Numbered from the stretch's first letter, positions 31,028 to 41,822 are shown. The stretch is DNA of 64,000 bases from Candidatus Poribacteria bacterium (GCA_965218095.1 OZ244587.1:6240001-6304000); one strand, 5' to 3'. The notes: generated by a model not told the origin, from the letters alone. A program made the numbers and translations.

Positions 31028-33077
31028 ATGTCTATATCAGTCGACAAGGATTTCAACTTACACAAAGCCGAATTACTTTCTTATCTCAGGTCAAGGGCTG
31101 TCGAATATCTTAACGACATAAGACAGCAGTTCGGCGAAAACCAATTGCGCGAAAGAGCGACAGCAATTAACCGTGCGCTGGTAAAGGAAAAACAGCAGTT
31201 AGCTGCTGTTATACGACAAAACGCCGGGCGAGAAGATTGGTCGGCAGATACAACCCTTCGAGCCAACCTCCTGCTAATGCACTGTACTAACATCGTGATG
31301 CTTGAGAGTCGGAATGACCTATGGACCTATGACTATATGGCCTTTTCTCGCAGAATTGGTGAACTCTGGGAACCCTTCGTTACAACCTGCTTTGATTACC
31401 CGGTGCGGAAAGATGTTACCTTATTCATCCCCCCTTTATTTGAGGACATCAAGAGGCGATTGACCAACGAGGTTCGGGATTTTATTCAGCGGCTAAACAT
31501 TAGCAGGGATGACAAAGAACATCTGCTTCGCTACTATGACCAGATCTGGCAACTCGTTACATCGGGCGAAATCAAGCTTGAATTGGATCTTCATTTCTCA
31601 ATTGAACGGATCCGGTATGTAGTTGAGGGGTGTGCATAGTAGTTCATTGGAAAACAGCCGCCATATGAGAGATATTGCGAGCAGGTAACTTCCATATGGC
31701 ATTGGCAATCATAGCCACTTGCACTGATAACACCCCGATAGCTAAACAACAGCGTACATTGAAAAACCCCTTGACCGGTAACTGCTTCTGTTGAGGAGTG
31801 GTGCCTATCACTTTAGCAATCAAGTCAAACAACGGTTCAACCGAACTGCGACGTTTGCTTAAACAGAGACACTGCTTGGGTTGGTTGATAAATCGATGAT
31901 ACGCCTTGGCAAACCGTCCCTTTGTCCATCTAAGTGCCGGGGTAATCAAAGCGACTTGTGCCTTCGCCCAACGACGGATACGGTCTGCTTGGGTATAGGC
32001 ATCATCGGCAGTGAGTGTCTGCGGTGAAAGTTGTGTCAGAATCTCAGACGCTTTAGCATCTATCGCCCAACTTTCGGAGACCGACGCACGGTGCACAGTT
32101 ATCAGTGTTGGGAACGCACCTTGTGTGCAGATAATGTGAAGTCCGTAGCCATAGACCCAGCCATGATAACCACTCTTGCTCCACGTGGCATCGGTGTCGA
32201 GGTTGCGTAGATGTTTAGGTACTTTTCCTGCTTTGCGGTCAGTTTGATGCCAGACGGGTCCTCGTGCCTTAAATAAACTTTTGTCGGCTACCAGATGAGC
32301 CAAGTTGAATTGTTGGGACAAGTCAGTGGCATACTGACCGATAAACAATACAAATGCCTCTATCACTTCATATAATGCCTTATAGCGACGTGCAATCGTG
32401 GTTCGATGAGGGGGCTGTTGCCACCCCAGCATTTGTAACACTTCTGGGTGATTGATTAGCCACCGCCATTGCGTTTTGAAGCCATAGATGCCGTGAAACT
32501 GCATCAACATGAAGAAAATGATAAACGAGGTGGTTGAATATGTCAATGGTTTTGCGTGTGTGACACCTGGTTTGTCAATACGGTGTTGCATAAACTGCTC
32601 AAAGAGTTGCATAATAAGAGTGACATAATCAGCCAACATTGGTCTTTGTACCATATTGGGGCTCCTTTTGCTATGATAACAATAGGAAACCCTTTTGGCT
32701 TGATTATGTCAACTATATTTATGCACACCCCTCATGTAGTTGATTGTAAGAGTGGTTTCAGTTCAAATTAGAAAGGCAACATCAATCGCTTATTTCTGGT
32801 TGCCAGTATATACAAGAATATGGAGCCAGAAAATTATCGGTGTATTCTCCTGGTAAGGGCACCCGAAAATGAGAATAATCACTATCTTCAAATATTGAAC
32901 AAGTCAGGACTCTGGGAAGTCTATTGCGGCACGGAAATCTATCCGAAGGTGTTGGAATATTCTGGCTTTGATTTAGGTGCATGGATGCAAGAAAACATCG
33001 CTTGGACAGATGATGTGACCCTCCAACTCCTAAACCACCTTGAACAAAACAACTTAGTTAGATACTTGACATGGTGA
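31028..33077 (+). pseudogene. Type II restriction endonuclease (PD-(D/E)xK), inactivated by an IS and a nonsense codon
   Basis: Removing the IS restores ELDLHF...YVVDCKSGFSSN*KGNINRL...; its end overlaps the start of the MTase. Confidence 0.75.
31625..32733 (-). mobile_element. IS with an intact DDE transposase (31644..32654; IS982-like/DDE_Tnp_1)
   Basis: Perfect TIR GAGGGGTGTGCATA, 8-bp TSD ATGTAGTT; motifs VADKS, GWVYGYGLH, ADDAY, RSSVEPLF. Confidence 0.92.
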
Positions 33078-34612
33078 TTCCAAGACCCCAACGGTATAAA
33101 GATACGCTTCAGGCTCACTATACCGCTTCGCCCGATATTGTTTCATATATGGTTTCTCGGCTTAAACCAACCGAAGCTGATTCTATATGGGAACCTTGTG
33201 CAGGAGCTGGCCACTTGATAGATGGAATCATTCAGTTAGTTCCAAATTCGCAAATTCGAGCGTCTGAGTTTGATCAGCAAGCATCGGCAACTCTCAGGGG
33301 AAAATACAAGAGATTCCAAAACATTGAAGTCGTACACGAGGATGCGCTTGAACTCGGTCATACCTCCTTATTTGAGCCAGAAATCAGTTTCACCTGCATA
33401 ATCGCGAATCCGCCGTATGGGGCCTATCAATCTCATCAGAGAAAAACAGTTCTCAAGAAGCAATATCCAGGGCTCTATGTACGTGATACCTATGGTGTTA
33501 TCCTTTATCACTGCTTTCGTTTGCTACAATCTGAAGGACGTTTGGTGTTCATTATCCCGGATACGTTTCTATGGCTTCACCGCCACGATTTTCTGCGCAG
33601 GACTTTACTCAGTGAATCAACCATCGAAGAGATTGTATTGTTCCCATCGAAGTTCTTTCCAGGAATCAGTTTTAGATATTCTGGGCTATGTATTATCTCT
33701 TTAATCAAGCGGTTTCCTCAAAAAACACATCGAATACGAATAATTGAGAACCTCGCGGATGAACATATTTTGATGGAACTTGCTCTGGGGTATGAGCGAC
33801 AAGCACGGTGTTTAATCACAAATGTTCGGCAGAAGGAGATCTTGTCACGTTCCCATGTGGAACTTGTAAGACCATCGCAGAACGGTAGGATTATGCTCAG
33901 TAGCGAGGCCAACCTGGCTTTGGGCGACGTTGCTGAAGTTCGCACGGGCTTTTACTCAGGCAACGACCGTCACTGGGTACGACGCGCTAACGCTGATGTG
34001 CCGCGCTCAAAATCTTTTGAAGATGTGCACCCGGACAGGGTTTCCGCGCTCACAAAACCGCCGCTTTGTGGTATTGATGTGCCGCGCTGTTTCATTCCGA
34101 TATTACGAGGCGGAGCGGCTCGCTTCGTAAGACAGACGCAATGGTACGTTGATTGGAGCATACATGCCGTTTCTGAATATCGAAAACCGGGGGAAAACCC
34201 GGCTCGGTTTCAGAATTCCCAGTACTATTTTTCGCAGGGAATTGGCGTTCCAATGGTTGCTTCAGCACGGCTCACGGCGGCGTTACTTGAGTATCGACTG
34301 TTTGATCAAGGTATCGTTGGTATTTTCCCCAAAGATGAACGACTCCTGATGTACCTTCTCGGATTCTTAAATACCGAACTTGCAACGAAACAGTTTCGTC
34401 AGATTAACCCGACGGTCAACAATTCAGCAAACTACTTGAAACGCATGCCTATTGTGAGTCCGACCGATTCAGAACTGAAACAGTGTAACAACTCCGTATC
34501 TAAGGCAATAAAAGAATCTCGAAAATATGGAGATGTGTCGGAAGCAACACTGAGCGAAATAGAAAATGTTTATTACAAAATATGGTGTAAGCGAGAAAGA
34601 TCTCAAACTTGA
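33071..34612 (+). CDS. N6-adenine DNA methyltransferase, gamma class (TaqI/Eco57I-like)
   Basis: HYT, WEPCAGAG (motif I), IANPPY (motif IV), C-terminal TRD. Confidence 0.92.
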   Translation: MVIPRPQRYKDTLQAHYTASPDIVSYMVSRLKPTEADSIWEPCAGAGHLIDGIIQLVPNSQIRASEFDQQASATLRGKYKRFQNIEVVHEDALELGHTSLFEPEISFTCIIANPPYGAYQSHQRKTVLKKQYPGLYVRDTYGVILYHCFRLLQSEGRLVFIIPDTFLWLHRHDFLRRTLLSESTIEEIVLFPSKFFPGISFRYSGLCIISLIKRFPQKTHRIRIIENLADEHILMELALGYERQARCLITNVRQKEILSRSHVELVRPSQNGRIMLSSEANLALGDVAEVRTGFYSGNDRHWVRRANADVPRSKSFEDVHPDRVSALTKPPLCGIDVPRCFIPILRGGAARFVRQTQWYVDWSIHAVSEYRKPGENPARFQNSQYYFSQGIGVPMVASARLTAALLEYRLFDQGIVGIFPKDERLLMYLLGFLNTELATKQFRQINPTVNNSANYLKRMPIVSPTDSELKQCNNSVSKAIKESRKYGDVSEATLSEIENVYYKIWCKRERSQT

Positions 34613-34636
34613 ACAGCATCAAGCGAGTGTATAACC

Positions 34637-36241
34637 ATGAATACATCCCCGACCCAAACAAGCCGTAACTTTGACGCTTGGCAGAAGCCTCTATTGCGTT
34701 ATCTGCTCCAAGAGACGAATACCTTCGTCACTTGTGTGGAATTGGTGACCTCGCGCGGCATTATCACTGAGCGCAATGGGCGACGGGTACTGGAACTCGC
34801 ACGCAAACTGACCGAACACCCGCATATCCACGCCTTGAGCATCACCGACAATCCGGGTGGAAATGCGATGCTGAGTCCGGATATCCTGGGGACAGATCTC
34901 ATCTCCCGTGGGCAGGAGGTCATCATCCACCTCTCCTGCAAAGACTGGAACCGCAACGCCCTTCAGAGTCGTGGATGGCAGCTTGCCAGCGAAGGATTCA
35001 ACAACGTGCTGGCGTTGTCGGGCGACTACCCCGTCAGCGGTTACGAAGGACAGGCGGGCGCGGTATTTGACATTGACTCGGTTGGGCTTCTGAAGATGTT
35101 CTCCGACATGAACGCCGGTATGCAGGTTGAGGTCGGGAAGAAAGCGGAGACTTTGAAGTCCACCCGTTTCTTTCTGGGCGCGGTGGTCAACAACCACAAA
35201 CGCTATGAACGCGAGGTGATGCCGCAGTATTTCAAGTTGGCGAAAAAGATCGAGAATGGCGCGGCGTTTATCATCAACCAGATCGGCTACGATTCGCGCA
35301 AGCAGGACGAGTTGGTCAAGTATATGGCGATGCACAATCTAAACGTACCGGTGCTTGGCAACGTCTATGTCCTGAGCCGGACTGCAGCGCGTTATTTTAA
35401 CAGGGGGAATATCCCCGGCGTCACTGTGACCGACGAGTTGCTCGATCTGGTTGAGAAACAGGCGCGGTCGAAAGACAAGGGCAAAGTGTTCTTCCTGGAG
35501 TTTGCCGCCAAGCAGTGCGCAATAGCGAAGGGGCTAGGCTATCGCGGCGTCTACTTGGGCGGACATCTGAGATACCGTGACTACGAGAAAATCCTGAAGC
35601 TGACGGAACGTTTTGGCGAGGATGACTGGAAAGACTTCGCGGCGGAGATCTGCTTCTGCTACCCCGACGAATTTTTCTTCTTTGAACCGGAGGCGGAGAC
35701 GAGGCTCAGTTCAACGCAGATTAATCGAGATTATCTTTTTTCAAAACGCCCACAAGCCTTGAAGGCAGCCAGGCAGGAAATCCCCTTGAGCTATAAAATT
35801 AACCGTGTCGTCCACGATAAGTTCTTTGAAGCGGGGGGCCTGGGGTTCAAAATTGGAGAGCGATTCTCTCAGACGGTCGAAGACGCTGGCGAAGGCGTCC
35901 AGAAAGCCGCTCACGGTTTGGAGCAGGCGGTTAAAATTGCGACATTCGATTGTCAGGACTGCGGCGACTGCTCGTTGCCGGATATCGCGTTTCTCTGTCC
36001 TGAGTCTCAGTGTGTGAAGAACCAGCGCAACGGTCCCTGCGGCGGCACCCGTCAGGGAAAGTGCGAGGTGGGGGAGAAGGACTGCATCTGGGCGCGGGCT
36101 TATGACCGCCTCAAAGCCTACGGCGAAGAGGAGAAGATGCTGGAAGGCCCAGTCATCTTCAAGAATGGCGCGTTGAAAGGCACCAGCGCCTGGGCAAATA
36201 CTTTTCTGAAGCGAGACCATCATGCTCAGAAAAAATCGTAA
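34637..36241 (+). CDS. metF: Methylene-THF reductase (MetF) fused to a MetV-like Cys-rich domain
   Basis: TDNPGG, IHLSCKDWNR, LALSGDYP, KKIENGA; C-terminal CQDCGDC...CP...C.KNQRNGPCGG...C...C.W. Confidence 0.88.
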   Translation: MNTSPTQTSRNFDAWQKPLLRYLLQETNTFVTCVELVTSRGIITERNGRRVLELARKLTEHPHIHALSITDNPGGNAMLSPDILGTDLISRGQEVIIHLSCKDWNRNALQSRGWQLASEGFNNVLALSGDYPVSGYEGQAGAVFDIDSVGLLKMFSDMNAGMQVEVGKKAETLKSTRFFLGAVVNNHKRYEREVMPQYFKLAKKIENGAAFIINQIGYDSRKQDELVKYMAMHNLNVPVLGNVYVLSRTAARYFNRGNIPGVTVTDELLDLVEKQARSKDKGKVFFLEFAAKQCAIAKGLGYRGVYLGGHLRYRDYEKILKLTERFGEDDWKDFAAEICFCYPDEFFFFEPEAETRLSSTQINRDYLFSKRPQALKAARQEIPLSYKINRVVHDKFFEAGGLGFKIGERFSQTVEDAGEGVQKAAHGLEQAVKIATFDCQDCGDCSLPDIAFLCPESQCVKNQRNGPCGGTRQGKCEVGEKDCIWARAYDRLKAYGEEEKMLEGPVIFKNGALKGTSAWANTFLKRDHHAQKKS

Positions 36242-36465
36242 CGTAAAGCGTAAAAGGAGATTCGGTCTCTTTTCTTCTTATACCGTTTCTGAATAATTTG
36301 CCGCACGATTCGGACAGAAAGCGCAGAGACAATGAGAAAGTGAGAGGGGGAGAAAGTGAGGGAAGAAGAGACAATAGGAAAGTGAGAAAAGACAAAGACA
36401 GGGAGTTGCTTCTTCTGCTTTTGCTCACTTTCATACCTGCTCACTCGTTCCCTCGTTTCAACAAC
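36238..36465. repeat. Short-period intergenic repeat array (purine-rich units followed by complementary units)
   Basis: cgtaacgtaaagcgtaa (similar at 29441), then (g)aaagtgag repeated three times, then ctcacttt / ctcact complements. Confidence 0.5.
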
Positions 36466-36517
36466 GCGTTACTCTTTATCAAAATTGGTATTACGTTTTA
36501 CGCATGAGGAGTTGAAG

Positions 36518-37555
36518 ATGAAACTAAACGGTCGAGATTTTATCATTATTGGCGAGAATGTCCATACGACTCGCGTGGTACGTCGAAAAGGAAAACTGGT
36601 TACGAACAACCCTGAAGGGGTTGAATCTGTCCGCTACTTGGACACAAACAAAAAACGTTGCTATCTTGTCATCCCCGAATCTATCAAAAAATCCCAGGAG
36701 TATGAGGAGGGGCGCGTCAAACACGTCATCATCGCTGTTCAGGGGGCGATGTCGGGTGAAGAACCCCACGCCAGCGAAGGTCTGGAATACATACGCAAAA
36801 TCGTCCAACGGCAGGTTGATGCCAACACTGATTTTCTTGATGTGAACGTGGATGAAATTTCGTGGCGCCTTGCGGAGCAGAAGGAAGCGATGCACTGGCT
36901 AGTACAAACTGTCCAGCAGATGACCGATACGCCTTTGTCGGTCGATTCATCCAACACAGAGATTATCGCGGCGGGGCTTGAAGTGTATGATAATCGCGTC
37001 GGGCGGGCGTTGCTGAACTCCGCCTCGCTGGAGCGTCTGGAGGCACTGGATTTGGCCAAACAGTACGATACCAAGGTTATGGTGACAGCAGCCAGCGAAT
37101 CCGGCATGCCACAGACTCCTGAAGAACGAGTCGACAACGCCTCACGCATCATCAATGCTGCTCAGGACAAGGGGATTGCGATTGAAGATATCTTTGTTGA
37201 CCCCCTGTTCTTCCCGATTGGTGTGGATACGGAGAATGGCAACCACGCCTTTGAGGCCATCCGGCGGCTTCGTGATAAGTATGGTCCCAACATCCATATC
37301 AGCGGTGGATTCAGCAATGTCTCCTTCCAGATGCCATGCCGCCGTCTGATTAACGATGTGTTTATGCTTTTGGCGATTGAAGCCGGCACGGATAGCGGAA
37401 TTATCGACCCGGTGACCAGCAATCCGCAAAAGGTCTTCGCTATCGATCGAGATTCCAGATCCTATCGGCTAACTGAGGACGTGTTGCTAGGTAAAGATCG
37501 TTTTTGCCGGAAGTTTCTGCGTGCCTACCGCAAGGGGGAATTGGAGGTTAGCTGA
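36518..37555 (+). CDS. Methyl-THF:corrinoid methyltransferase (AcsE/MeTr-like pterin-binding)
   Basis: IIIGENVH, FLDVN, LSVDSS, LLNS, FVDPLFFP, GFSNVSF. Confidence 0.88.
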   Translation: MKLNGRDFIIIGENVHTTRVVRRKGKLVTNNPEGVESVRYLDTNKKRCYLVIPESIKKSQEYEEGRVKHVIIAVQGAMSGEEPHASEGLEYIRKIVQRQVDANTDFLDVNVDEISWRLAEQKEAMHWLVQTVQQMTDTPLSVDSSNTEIIAAGLEVYDNRVGRALLNSASLERLEALDLAKQYDTKVMVTAASESGMPQTPEERVDNASRIINAAQDKGIAIEDIFVDPLFFPIGVDTENGNHAFEAIRRLRDKYGPNIHISGGFSNVSFQMPCRRLINDVFMLLAIEAGTDSGIIDPVTSNPQKVFAIDRDSRSYRLTEDVLLGKDRFCRKFLRAYRKGELEVS

Positions 37556-37557
37556 CA

Positions 37558-37836
37558 ATGGCAATCTATCAAATCCTGTACTGGAAAGATATTCCCGCTC
37601 AGATCAGAGTCTTTGAAGGCAGAAAGCCAATCTCGCGACAAATGCCCGACCGTTTTCAGGTCGCCATCGATCGCATGGCGATGGAAGAGGGTTTAGCCGG
37701 AAGCGACGATTATCTGGATGAATGGCAATGGACCAAAAAAATGGAACGCCCCGGCGATCCGGAGGAAGTTCTGAGCGCACTCTTACAGGAGCTTGAGACG
37801 GAATACGATGATAAGGTACGAAAACGAAAGGGATAA
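37558..37836 (+). CDS. Virulence_fact-domain small protein
   Basis: YWKDIPAQI, RFQVAIDRMAM, DDYLDEW. Confidence 0.85.
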   Translation: MAIYQILYWKDIPAQIRVFEGRKPISRQMPDRFQVAIDRMAMEEGLAGSDDYLDEWQWTKKMERPGDPEEVLSALLQELETEYDDKVRKRKG

Positions 37837-37874
37837 TCTTGTTCTCGCCAAACGTGACCTGTTTTTACCGGATG

Positions 37875-37911
37875 AAAAAGCCGAATCCCAATGGAGGGCT
37901 TCGGCTTTTTT
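37875..37911 (+). terminator. Intrinsic terminator
   Basis: AAAAAGCCGAA...TTCGGCTTTTTT. Confidence 0.75.
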
Positions 37912-37955
37912 GATGAATAGACCTAAGCTCAAGGGTACAATAGAAAGGAATTCTC

Positions 37956-39017
37956 ATGCCCACGTTCCAACCCGATACCCTCCGGCAAATTGGCTACGAA
38001 CTCTTTGAAGCCACCGGTTGCACACCGGAAGACACCCGAGCAGTGGTTGATCACCTGATCGAATCCAATCTCTTTGGACACGACTCCCACGGTGCCATCC
38101 GGTTCTACGAATACGCCCGTGCGATTCGGGATGGCCGGTTTCAGTCCTGCGCCACGCCCGAGGTCGTGAGCGACAACCCCTGCGCCGCGGTAGTAGACGC
38201 CCACGGCGCTTTGGGACAGGTCGGAGCGACTTTTGCGATAAAGGTTGCGATTGAAAAGGCACAGCAACACGGCACCGGCGCCGTGGCATTGCGAAATACG
38301 AGTCATATCGGCCGTGCGGGAGCCTATCCCTTGATGGCGGCTCGGAATGAGATGATAGGACTTGCCTTCGTCAACGCCGGGCATCTCGGCTACCAGATTG
38401 CACCCTTCGGCGGCATTGACGGTCGCCTCAGTACAAACCCGATCGCGTTTTCTGCCCCGCGCCGTAACGGTGACCCAATCTTAGTCGATATGACCACCTC
38501 CGTGGTTGCTGAAGGCAAGATCCGGGTTGCTATCAACCAGGGGGCGCAGGTGCCTGAGGGCTGGATCATCGATTCGCAGGGCAACCCCACGACGGATCCG
38601 AACGACTTTAAGGGGCATCCACCGGGGGCAATCCTTCCAATGGGCGGTGTTGTGGCGCACAAAGGTTACGGACTTAGCTTTGTGGTGGAACTCCTGGCCG
38701 GAACTCTCAGTGGTCAGGGGTGTGCTGCCGGCGAGCGCACAATGGTCAGCAACGGTGTGCTCTTCACGGTCTATAACATCACGCACTTCACAGATCTCGA
38801 CGCCTACTACGACGAGGTAGGGTCCTTCATCCGGCACGTCAAATCCAGCCGCCTCGCCCCTGGGTTTCAGGAGATTCTGAGTCCCGGTGAACCCGAGTTC
38901 CGCAACGCCTTGCGAAAGAAGGTCGAGGGTATTGAGATTGATGAGACAACTTGGGCATCTATCTGTGAGGAGGCACGTGCCTTCGGTCTCGACCCGGAGC
39001 GTTGGACGACGGAGTAG
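37956..39017 (+). CDS. Ldh_2-family oxidoreductase (HcxB/ComC-like)
   Basis: GHDSHG, SHIGR, STNPIAF, DMTTSVVAEGK, HKGYGL, PGEPE. Confidence 0.92.
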   Translation: MPTFQPDTLRQIGYELFEATGCTPEDTRAVVDHLIESNLFGHDSHGAIRFYEYARAIRDGRFQSCATPEVVSDNPCAAVVDAHGALGQVGATFAIKVAIEKAQQHGTGAVALRNTSHIGRAGAYPLMAARNEMIGLAFVNAGHLGYQIAPFGGIDGRLSTNPIAFSAPRRNGDPILVDMTTSVVAEGKIRVAINQGAQVPEGWIIDSQGNPTTDPNDFKGHPPGAILPMGGVVAHKGYGLSFVVELLAGTLSGQGCAAGERTMVSNGVLFTVYNITHFTDLDAYYDEVGSFIRHVKSSRLAPGFQEILSPGEPEFRNALRKKVEGIEIDETTWASICEEARAFGLDPERWTTE

Positions 39018-39107
39018 AAATTCCCCTCGCTGGATTCGATAGATCTAGCAAGAAAGGAGTGAATCGAAGTAGGATGAAAACTTTTTTGAAACGTCAGAGG
39101 ATTTTAG

Positions 39108-40106
39108 ATGAAGACATTCTTGGATAGATTGAAAGAGCCCACCCCAATGATTTATGACGGTGGGTTTGGCTCACAATTATTTACTGTGGGCATCGCGTTG
39201 ACAAACAGCGCCCTTGCAAACGAATTGCACCCGGAAACTATCATCGACATTCATTCGGCTTACATTGAAGCGGGCGCTGACGCAATCGGAACGAACACAT
39301 TTGTCGCTTCTCCCCTGCACCTCGAAATGGCAGGAAAAAATGCATCCGAAGCTGAGAAGATTGCAAGGCAGGCTGTGACACATGCGAAAGCAGCCGTTGA
39401 AAAAAGCGGCAAGGAAGTATATATCGCGGGTTCAATTGGGCCATCGCCCGGTGCGATTGAAGCCGACAGCGGCGGCGTCGATTTTGGAATTCCGAATGCA
39501 GTTGTTAGAGATGCTCATGAACGGGTAATGAATGCCCTGGCAGAACGAGGGATTGACTTTTTTTGTATTGAAACCATGTTCTCCGCAAAGGAGGCGGCAA
39601 TCGCTGTTGATGTCGCAAGAAAAACGGGGCTTCCAGTTGCCGTGAATATGACGTACAAGTATACAAAGGATCGGCACACCGGAAAGGTAATATACAAAAC
39701 GGATTGGGGGCATTCGGCTGCATCTTTATTAGAAATCTTATCCGAAGGCGAATTTTCCAACGGAGACAATCTGATCGATGACGTTCACATCTTAGGTCTG
39801 AATTGTGGCGCAGAATCAAGGCGGGATGAACACACTGGAATGCCTTATGCGATAAACGGAATCCGGCAGTTGCGTGAAGCGATGGAAGAGATGGGAGTTA
39901 ATTCTAAACGGATGATGGCTTATCCCAATGCGGGTATGGCGCGTTTAGACGAAAATCAACGGACATATTGGCCCCAAGTGCCAGAGGAGATGTCCCCTTA
40001 CCTACCAGAGTTGATCAAGGAGGGGACTTATCTGATCGGTGGCTGTTGTGGTACAAACCCCGCGCACGTCAAGGCGTTTCGAGAAACTTTATCTCAGCTA
40101 GGATGA
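39108..40106 (+). CDS. Homocysteine S-methyltransferase (stand-alone MetH N-terminal domain)
   Basis: DGGFGS, AGAD...TNTF, AGSIGP, ETM, GLNC, YPNAG, IGGCCGT. Confidence 0.92.
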   Translation: MKTFLDRLKEPTPMIYDGGFGSQLFTVGIALTNSALANELHPETIIDIHSAYIEAGADAIGTNTFVASPLHLEMAGKNASEAEKIARQAVTHAKAAVEKSGKEVYIAGSIGPSPGAIEADSGGVDFGIPNAVVRDAHERVMNALAERGIDFFCIETMFSAKEAAIAVDVARKTGLPVAVNMTYKYTKDRHTGKVIYKTDWGHSAASLLEILSEGEFSNGDNLIDDVHILGLNCGAESRRDEHTGMPYAINGIRQLREAMEEMGVNSKRMMAYPNAGMARLDENQRTYWPQVPEEMSPYLPELIKEGTYLIGGCCGTNPAHVKAFRETLSQLG

Positions 40107-40569
40107 ACAGGTCCGGATGTTGATCAACGAGGCGAGTACCAAAAATTTCACATCGTAGTTCGAGAGTGTTTACTTATGGATAGTTTTATGGTATCGGTGT
40201 CTCTGATTAGTTACAGATTTATCAAAACGGATTTGAAGGCGAATCATTCTTCAACAACAATGGATCAAAAGGCAATGTTCCCTTCTAAGTAAATGCAACC
40301 TACCCAAACCGAGAAAAGATGAAAACACTACTCCCTTGAACCGGGCGTGAAATGGAGAAGTGGAGTCCCTCAATGACTTTAGATAAACTATTAGGACAAT
40401 GCGAATCGCCAATAGAAGGCCGTCTACTACAGAATCTATATCCTTCTCTCGCACCCCATGAGCGTGAGGACTTGGTCGCACAATACTATATTGACAGTGT
40501 AAGTGTACGGACACGACTTGATTTTGCATTCTTAAAGGGAAAAGTGGCAATCTATTGTGATGGATATGA

Positions 40570-41822
40570 TATAATGGTCCCCAATATTCGGGCCAGGAGT
40601 TAAGTAAGAAATAACGTCTAACTCCCGTCCACCAATGGAGGTCTGAATATGTCAACCAAACGGATTCGGCATACTGCCAAATTCAAGTTTCAAATAGCCG
40701 TTGAAGCCATCAAGCCCGATAAAACTATCAACCAATTGGCAAGCGAGCATCAGTTGCACCCAAGCCAAATCAGCCAATGGAAGAAACAGTTGCTTGAACA
40801 AGGTAGCGATATTTTCGCTACCAACCCGACCCAGCGACAGCGTGAGCAAAATGACAGGGAGTCGAGCCTGTATGAGCAAATGGGGCGGTTGAATATGGAA
40901 CTCGACTGGTTGAAAAAAAAAGCTGCCTCAAGCCGCTGAACAGAGACGGGCACTCGTTGAACCCGACCACCTGAAACTGAGTATCCGTCGTCAGTGTGAA
41001 TTGCTCGGTTTTTCCCGGTCAACCCTCTACTGTCAACCGGCTACAGAGTCAGCAGACAATCTGCATCTGATGAGACAAATAGATGAGCACTATCTGCAAA
41101 CCCCTTTCTATGGGAGTCGTCGAATGACACAACATCTTAAGCGGCTTGGCTACCGTGTGAACCGCAAACGCATCCAGCGACTGATGCGTTTGATGGGTAT
41201 AGAAGCGATTTATCCCAAACCCTCAGCCATCAACAGCGAGCATCGGATTTACCCATACCTATTACGGGACTATGAGGTGACCGCTGCCAATGAGGTCTGG
41301 TCGGCTGACATTACCTATATCCCGATGGATAAAGGGTTTATGTATCTGGTGGCGATACTCGACTGGTATAGTCGTTACGTCATCACTTGGGAGTTATCCA
41401 ATAGTCTATCAGGGCAGTTCTGTCTCGACGCTTTGCATCACGCATTATCTGGGGCAACCCCCATCATCTTCAATACTGACCAAGGTGTCCAGTTTACAGC
41501 CAATGCTTTCACCGATACGGTCGAAGCCGCTAGTATTGCTATGAGTATGGACAGCGTGGGGAGAGCCATTGACAACATTTACATTGAGCGGTTTTGGCGA
41601 AGCGTCAAGTATGAAGATGTTTATCACAAACTTTACCAAACAGGGCAAGCCCTGTTTGATGGATTAACTCAATATATCCGTTTCTATAATCAACAGCGAC
41701 CTCACCAGAGTCTAAATTATGCTACCCCGGCTGAGGTCTATCTGAGCTAAAGCAGTGTCAGTTTATCTCAAATATCTTACTTATTTTTCCTGTATTTTGG
41801 CCTCGACAATGGGTCCACTTTA
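40570..41822 (+). mobile_element. IS3-family element (orfA 40649..40939, orfB to 41750)
   Basis: Imperfect TIRs TATAATGGTCCCC / revcomp TAAAGTGGACCC, 3-bp TSD TGA, A-run slippery site at about 40913, motifs WSADITY, NTDQG, ERFWRSVKYE. Confidence 0.95.

Noticed and set aside
22084-37555. Autotrophic Wood-Ljungdahl pathway or methanogenesis
   Set aside because: No CODH/ACS, CFeSP (AcsC/D) or Mcr in the window; the components fit a demethylase or split-MetH module
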